The notes below the pieces were generated by a model. It saw only the letters and a program-made list of their open reading frames with translations. It was not told where the DNA came from and did no database searches. A stretch of DNA of 64,000 nt. Origin: a virus (lineage: Duplodnaviria > Caudoviricetes). Shown piece by piece: positions 58,575 through 64,000 of this stretch; position 1 is the first letter of the stretch; the number at the start of each line of letters is the position of its first letter. Position numbers and translations under genes: made by a program. The DNA lies in IMG/VR virus record IMGVR_UViG_3300034157_000065, positions 128,831-192,830 of that record; one strand, written 5' to 3'.

Positions 58575-59177
58575 ATGTTCAAAGGTCTTATTGCTCTCGT
58601 TGTGCTATCTATTTCTATGGTTGGATGTGCAACACAAGAATATTCTAATATGGGTAGTTTGACAGAAAGCATTAAAAAAAATGGAAAAGTCTATGAAGCT
58701 AATGCAAGCTTTATTCAGTGGAATGAAGACTATGCTGTAACTGCAAGGCATGTCACTATTGTTAAGAACCCTGATTTTGTTTGCAGTTCTGGTTGCGACA
58801 TGGTATTTTTCAAACATAAAGCTGAAAACTTTAATTCATCACAAAAATGGAGAAATGCCGAATTTGGTGAATCCATTAAAGCAGTTGGCAACAACATCAA
58901 ACAATTTGTTGTTGAACGTGAAGGTAAAGTCTTGAAAGAGATTGTAAAAGACAATCCAAAAGCAGAATATTTTTACCTTGTGAATGACGCAGATACCGTG
59001 GGAGGTATGTCTGGTGGCCCAGTTTATGCGGCTAATGACAATGCTTTGATTGGTATGACTATCGGTGTATCACAAGAATCCAAAGCGGATGGTGTGAAAG
59101 AATCCCTATTTGTTCCTTATGAGATTATTCGAGTGGAATGGGAAATTTTTCAAGAAAATAAAAAACAAAACCTGTAA
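58575..59177 (+). CDS. Lipoprotein trypsin-like serine protease
   Basis: Lipobox MVGC; VTARHV (His), CDMVF (Asp), GMSGGPV (Ser). Confidence 0.85.
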   Translation: MFKGLIALVVLSISMVGCATQEYSNMGSLTESIKKNGKVYEANASFIQWNEDYAVTARHVTIVKNPDFVCSSGCDMVFFKHKAENFNSSQKWRNAEFGESIKAVGNNIKQFVVEREGKVLKEIVKDNPKAEYFYLVNDADTVGGMSGGPVYAANDNALIGMTIGVSQESKADGVKESLFVPYEIIRVEWEIFQENKKQNL

Positions 59178-59333
59178 ATAATATATTAATGACAATTAAA
59201 AAAAACTCCCTTAGAAGTTTTTTTTATTTCTCTATTAAAGTGGTTTTCTATCTCAATTTATCATAATATTCTTGATGATTTTTAAGGTTTGTGATACAAT
59301 TAACGATAATTGAAATTCTCAGGAGTCATCATT

Positions 59334-59750
59334 TTGAAAAAAGGCACCTATATTGCCAGTAGGGCAAGTTTACCAGAACGTTCGGAAGCGTGGCGAAAAC
59401 TGCGTGATGTTGATGGTTATTTGATCGTTTCTTCATGGATTGATGTGGTCACGCAACCTCTCAATGCCGATGACACCAAACCTTTGCACGCTATTTGGGA
59501 GAACATCACCCAAGAAGTGACGACTGCAGAACGAGTGATTGTCTATGCTGAACCTGATGACTTCCCGTTAAAAGGTACTCTGGTTGAAGTCGGTATGGCG
59601 TTAGCTGTTGGAACCCCTATTTACCTTGTATTGCCCGGTGTAGACATTGAAGCTGACACATTCAGGCCGATTGGTTCATGGATTAATCATCCACTGGTTT
59701 TTTTGGTTGATGATATGGCATCGGCTTTGTTTAATGCGGATAAGCTTTAA
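59334..59750 (+). CDS. Nucleoside 2-deoxyribosyltransferase-like protein
   Basis: YIAS, SSWID, GTLVEVGMALAVGTPIYLV. Confidence 0.6.
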   Translation: MKKGTYIASRASLPERSEAWRKLRDVDGYLIVSSWIDVVTQPLNADDTKPLHAIWENITQEVTTAERVIVYAEPDDFPLKGTLVEVGMALAVGTPIYLVLPGVDIEADTFRPIGSWINHPLVFLVDDMASALFNADKL

Positions 59751-59836
59751 CCATTAAAAAATACCTTAAAAATAAAAAAATATTGTATAAATTAATTTTC
59801 ATGTTAAAGTGTAATCAATAACTAAAATAAAATAAA

Positions 59837-60436
59837 ATGTATATAAAAATTTTTATAACCTCTGTATTATCATTGATAGTCGGCTCAGCTTCAGCAGAAT
59901 ATAGATTAAGTGTACCTTTAGATATTAAAAGTATAATATTTTCAAATAAAACAGTCGATCCTCCAAAAGAATATGTTGGAGAATGGATTATTATGGATAC
60001 TGTTAAGACAAGAGGTGAAACTTCTAGAAAATGTCTAGAGTGGTCTGTACCTTTGGAAGCATTTGTTAATTTAAGGGATGATGAAAGAAGACGATCTTGT
60101 GAAGATAAAACTCCGATTATTAACCAATTTATTGAACAAAACAATGCTACTCTTGAAAAAAGAAATTCTGGTGCTCCTTTTGTCAAAAATGATGTTGTCC
60201 TGACATGGGAATATGAAGACATTACATTTGATTGTAATTTAGATAGCAATTTATACTATTTTCCAGTTAATGAATTATATCAGGTTTATGTAAATGGAGA
60301 GAGAATTGACAATTTTAACAGCATGGTAAATTATCATGGAGAGAGATACATTCCATCAGAGACAGTAATAGGTTATGATGTAGACTATAATCCCATGTTT
60401 GGATTATGTAAAATGATTGTGACACCAAGAATATAA
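59837..60436 (+). CDS. Exported protein, (E/D)YR N-terminal family
   Basis: Signal peptide ASA-EYRLSVPL...SIIF. Confidence 0.7.
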   Translation: MYIKIFITSVLSLIVGSASAEYRLSVPLDIKSIIFSNKTVDPPKEYVGEWIIMDTVKTRGETSRKCLEWSVPLEAFVNLRDDERRRSCEDKTPIINQFIEQNNATLEKRNSGAPFVKNDVVLTWEYEDITFDCNLDSNLYYFPVNELYQVYVNGERIDNFNSMVNYHGERYIPSETVIGYDVDYNPMFGLCKMIVTPRI

Positions 60437-60791
60437 AAAGCAGCCTTCAGGTTGCTTTTTTGTATTCTAAATAAACATAGCATCCACAATCATCATTTCA
60501 TTTTCATTAAGATATCCAGATTCATTAAAGCCGAGAGTATTTATTGATTCTGGACTTAAGCAGTTTTTACAGAGTTCTTTTATAAACCATTTTTTTATGC
60601 TAATATCATTCATTAATTGTTATTAAAAATGATTTTTGATATATAGCAGTCTTTTTTATAATTTCTATTCATCCTCATGATTATTTTAATTATTTATTCA
60701 ATAAAAAATAAGCCCACACAACTGGTTGATTATTTATGTTTGCTTTGGTATAATAGCAGCCTATAAATGTGAATTCACAAGGTGCATAACA

Positions 60792-61391
60792 ATGAAAGCT
60801 CATGCTACTTTTCATAAAAATTCAATAAACAAGCTGAAAGCTCAAGAAATTGGTATCAATACTGCTCGATCAAGCTACAAAGAAGGTCTTTATCATCAGG
60901 GTATTATGTTTTCGTGGGATCGAGATCCCGTGATGTTGGAGATGATTCTTGAACAAATTGAATACAACTATATCAATAAACCAAGAAACTTAGATGAACT
61001 TCGTTCTATTGCGAGAGAAGCTTGTCTGACTGAGTATGCCATCCTTAAAGCAAGTCATAAGGGTGAACTTCCTATTGAAGCCTACACAGATGAAGACATG
61101 ATTTTCTTGCTAACTGAATGCTCGACAGACACTGTTAAAATTGGGTTGCCTGTCGATTTCTATCATGATTTGAAAGACCGTAAAATTAAAGACATTGATA
61201 ACACTTGGAAAGATATTTTTGTTCAAGAATACTCATTAGATAAAGTTAAGCAATATGCTCTTGACCATTTTGAAAAAAAGCTTTGGAATAAGCGTTTTAC
61301 TCCGGCTATTCAAGAAGCAGCATTGTTTGAAATCAATCAATACTGGTCACGGGTGAAAGATGTTCAAGAAGTCGTTAATTCGTATTCATAA
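60792..61391 (+). CDS. Hypothetical protein (paralog of 61669..62256)
   Basis: Shared KLxAQxxGI, FSWDxxPVxL, CLxEYAxLKA. Confidence 0.75.
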   Translation: MKAHATFHKNSINKLKAQEIGINTARSSYKEGLYHQGIMFSWDRDPVMLEMILEQIEYNYINKPRNLDELRSIAREACLTEYAILKASHKGELPIEAYTDEDMIFLLTECSTDTVKIGLPVDFYHDLKDRKIKDIDNTWKDIFVQEYSLDKVKQYALDHFEKKLWNKRFTPAIQEAALFEINQYWSRVKDVQEVVNSYS

Positions 61392-61399
61392 GTGAGTAT

Positions 61400-61660
61400 A
61401 TGATGAATAAATTAACTAAAATTGCACTTATTAGTTCCATCAGTATTGCAGCCGTCATTGCTAACGTAATGCTGTTTATTCACATCGGTGAAGTCAAGCA
61501 TCAATGGTGTATCGACAATACTAAAGAGTGTGCTAAACAGGCAGAAGATACACGGCGGTATTTGGAATCGGAAAGTAAGAAAGAATTGAATTGTGGGCCA
61601 ACTATGCCCGGTTATGATCAAGGTTGGGGCGGCTGGCGATGTAAGTATGAAGATGACTAG
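61400..61660 (+). CDS. Small membrane-anchored Cys-containing protein
   Basis: N-terminal TM; 4 Cys. Confidence 0.65.
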   Translation: MMNKLTKIALISSISIAAVIANVMLFIHIGEVKHQWCIDNTKECAKQAEDTRRYLESESKKELNCGPTMPGYDQGWGGWRCKYEDD

Positions 61661-61668
61661 GAGAGTAT

Positions 61669-62256
61669 ATGCAATCTCATTTAACAATTGATGGTAGGTC
61701 AAAAGATAAACTTACGGCTCAGCAAGTAGGTATTCGTGCGGCTCATGAAAGCTTTCAACAATCGCTTAAAACACGCTCTCCCTTGTTTTCTTGGGATGAT
61801 GAACCTGTAACGCTCTCAATCGTTCTTAATGACCTGTCCATGCATTATGCTAAAATCCCCAGTGATATATCTAGCCTTCAAGAGATTGTAAAGACATCAT
61901 GCCTTATTGAATACGCCAATCTTAAAGCACAGTATAAGAAGCCCCTTCCAGTTAGCTCATTCACTGACGATCAAATTTTCGCTTGTATTGTTGATTCAGC
62001 AACCTATGAACTATTAAAAGAACGTAAAAAATCTAATTTCTCAAAATTTTTGAAAAATTTTGGTGCTTTCGAGTCCATGAGCTTACCAGAAGTGGTTGCA
62101 CAATCTTATCCAGTAGACGATTTGAAGAAACAATCTTCTCATACATTGAATAATCTGTTTGATAAAAAAGAGGTTTCAGTAGAATTACAAGAAAAGATTA
62201 GAAAAGCAGTTGATAATTTTTGGAAAAACTTTAACATACTGCCTAACATTAAATAA
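61669..62256 (+). CDS. Hypothetical protein (paralog of 60792..61391)
   Basis: AGGAG RBS; shared motifs. Confidence 0.75.
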   Translation: MQSHLTIDGRSKDKLTAQQVGIRAAHESFQQSLKTRSPLFSWDDEPVTLSIVLNDLSMHYAKIPSDISSLQEIVKTSCLIEYANLKAQYKKPLPVSSFTDDQIFACIVDSATYELLKERKKSNFSKFLKNFGAFESMSLPEVVAQSYPVDDLKKQSSHTLNNLFDKKEVSVELQEKIRKAVDNFWKNFNILPNIK

Positions 62257-62274
62257 AACTAAAGGAGACTAAAA

Positions 62275-62514
62275 ATGACAATTGATTTCGGTTTTGATGT
62301 AGGTAATGATCCACCACCACGACATGTTAACCCTACCGTTTCTGATGATGGCTATATGGCTATTGGTGGTCAGTTGGTCTATGTTGGGGTAGCAACACAG
62401 AAGCCTCCTACGCCGTCTAAACCTTCACAGAAGACACCGGTTGATCGTAAACCCGATCCTGACGCTGGTTGGTTCTGTACGGATACTCAATGCATCTGGA
62501 TTGGTGATGACTGA
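62275..62514 (+). CDS. Small Pro-rich protein
   Basis: AAGGAG RBS; ends GWFCTDTQCIWIGDD. Confidence 0.65.
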   Translation: MTIDFGFDVGNDPPPRHVNPTVSDDGYMAIGGQLVYVGVATQKPPTPSKPSQKTPVDRKPDPDAGWFCTDTQCIWIGDD

Positions 62515-62519
62515 CCATC

Positions 62520-63260
62520 ATGATTAGTCAATCATTTAAAAATAGCATCAGCAATTCTTTAAAAGAAAATTATGGAATTGATCTTGTTAAAATTAAAAAG
62601 CTTTCGAGTAAAGGCTATTTGTATCAGGACTTTAATCTTTATGGCAAGTCTGATGGGCTTTCGCATATGCTTCGCTTGAGGATTAACTTTTGTGACGATG
62701 ATGCGGAAGATTATCGGAGATCTTTCTATATTTTCACAGATGCTCATAGCTATTTATCTTCTTGTAAAACAGTCAGAGATAAGATACATCCACTATGTAT
62801 TAATAAAGCCATTTTAGAAGTTAAGAAACTATTCTCGTTTCTTGATTCTACTTACACATATAGCTTTAATCATTTAAAAGTCAGTTTGGTTTCTGGCACT
62901 TATACCCAGATTCCCACTGGCTTAATGGTTAACACCATTCAAGGAATTGTAGAAACCACCAGTATTATTTCAGTTTATGTCTCTTTTTCTGATGATGATT
63001 TTTGTATCGTGAATATCATCGGTAATAAGATATCTGTTCGTCCATCAAATGGATATACCACCGAACCTGCTTTTCAAGGTTCATCAACGCTAGATGAAGA
63101 GGGTATTGATAGCTTTAAAGCTCGTTTTGCCAAATGTTTGTTAATCTATATCAATAAGAAACTTAATGGTCGCTATAATCATCAGGAAGATGATTACATG
63201 AGTTTAACCTATGATGAGTTGAAGCGATATTTCCTTGTATTAGAAATGGAAAAAATATGA
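62520..63260 (+). CDS. Paralog family D (ends YFLVLEMEKI)
   Basis: Paralog of 63257..64000 (LRLRINF, SGTY, RPxxGYxTExAF). Confidence 0.8.
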   Translation: MISQSFKNSISNSLKENYGIDLVKIKKLSSKGYLYQDFNLYGKSDGLSHMLRLRINFCDDDAEDYRRSFYIFTDAHSYLSSCKTVRDKIHPLCINKAILEVKKLFSFLDSTYTYSFNHLKVSLVSGTYTQIPTGLMVNTIQGIVETTSIISVYVSFSDDDFCIVNIIGNKISVRPSNGYTTEPAFQGSSTLDEEGIDSFKARFAKCLLIYINKKLNGRYNHQEDDYMSLTYDELKRYFLVLEMEKI

Positions 63261-64000
63261 TCAGTACAACTTTTGAAAATATAATTAAAAATGAATTAAG
63301 ACTACATTATGATCTTAACTTATCTGGTATAGTCGAAGTAGCGAGCCAGCTTCCTTTTTATAAAGATTTTAGACTTCGCTGTAAAGCGGATGGTTGTCTT
63401 TATTTATTGAGACTTAGAATTAATTTTCGTGATGACAATAATCAAAAAAATCAATCTTTCTCTATTTTTATCGAAGCTGTTAATAATGGTAATAACTTTT
63501 GGAATAACGTATGGAAAAAAGTTTATCCATCCACCATTGAAAAATCTCTTACAGAGGTAAGAAAAGAAATCTTCTTTGTTGATGAGCGATTTGGTTATAT
63601 GTTGGGTCATGACAAAATTTCGTTAATGTCAGGCACTTACTCTGATTCTGATTCTGATTCTGGTCTTGTTATTGAGACTCTACTTTCAATGGTTGAGACT
63701 GAAAGCTATATCTCTTATTATCAACCAGCTCGATCTATTGGGTCAGCTTATTCTTTTTGTGCCATTAAGATTAAAGATGATAAGCTTTATATTCGACCGA
63801 TTAAAGGTTATGAGACAGAAACTGCTTTCGATATCCCTATACCACTTGATAACACTGGTGTTGATATCTTTAAAGCTCAACTTTTTAAATGTTTATTGAT
63901 TTATATAAATTCAGAACAATACAATGAAGCTGATTATCTTAATTTAAATTATGAAGATATTAAAAAATACTTTCTTGTTTTGGAAATGAAAGAGATCTAA
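63257..64000 (+). CDS. Paralog family D (ends YFLVLEMKEI)
   Basis: ATGA-coupled paralog of 62520..63260. Confidence 0.8.
   Translation: MISTTFENIIKNELRLHYDLNLSGIVEVASQLPFYKDFRLRCKADGCLYLLRLRINFRDDNNQKNQSFSIFIEAVNNGNNFWNNVWKKVYPSTIEKSLTEVRKEIFFVDERFGYMLGHDKISLMSGTYSDSDSDSGLVIETLLSMVETESYISYYQPARSIGSAYSFCAIKIKDDKLYIRPIKGYETETAFDIPIPLDNTGVDIFKAQLFKCLLIYINSEQYNEADYLNLNYEDIKKYFLVLEMKEI

Noticed and set aside
63641-63661. TCTGAT x3 microrepeat (SDSDSDS)
   Set aside because: Short in-frame slippage with no evidence for phase variation.
1220-63899. Numerous overlapping antisense or alternate-frame ORFs (e.g. 1581-2105, 3796-4335, 12382-12921, 16499-16915, 59815-60249)
   Set aside because: Shadows of better-supported genes that have RBS, promoter and terminator context.

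Overview
AT-rich, gene-dense, mostly + strand accessory region of a very large mobile replicon. It is most likely a jumbo phage or megaplasmid of a gammaproteobacterial, possibly Pseudomonas-like, host; no virion, replication or conjugation genes lie in the window to decide. Most genes are short hypotheticals in one- or two-gene units with host sigma70-type promoters and intrinsic terminators. Recognisable genes are trpS, frr, a CobB/Sir2 deacylase, a ZitB/CzcD CDF transporter, a SAM methyltransferase, an HNH nuclease, a DEDDh exonuclease, a CX5R phosphatase, a trypsin-like protease plus an inactive paralog, PRTase-like and nucleoside-deoxyribosyltransferase-like proteins, and three Spy/CpxP-like proteins. 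Main unexplained signals: (1) about 25 proteins from several families, including a 14-gene tandem array, end in the same hydrophobic-[DE]-M-x-x-I-COOH tail; (2) a ~490-nt transcript after trpS built from three repeats, each a strong SD plus a two-codon minigene (ATG-GAG-TAA, ATG-CCG-TAA, ATG-CCG-TAG); (3) a uORF plus terminator (attenuator-like) leader upstream of frr; (4) a ~400-nt independently transcribed RNA with a long-range pseudoknot; (5) a cluster of tRNA-like and Y-RNA-like structured RNAs at the window start. All family assignments and pairings were made by eye, with no database searches.
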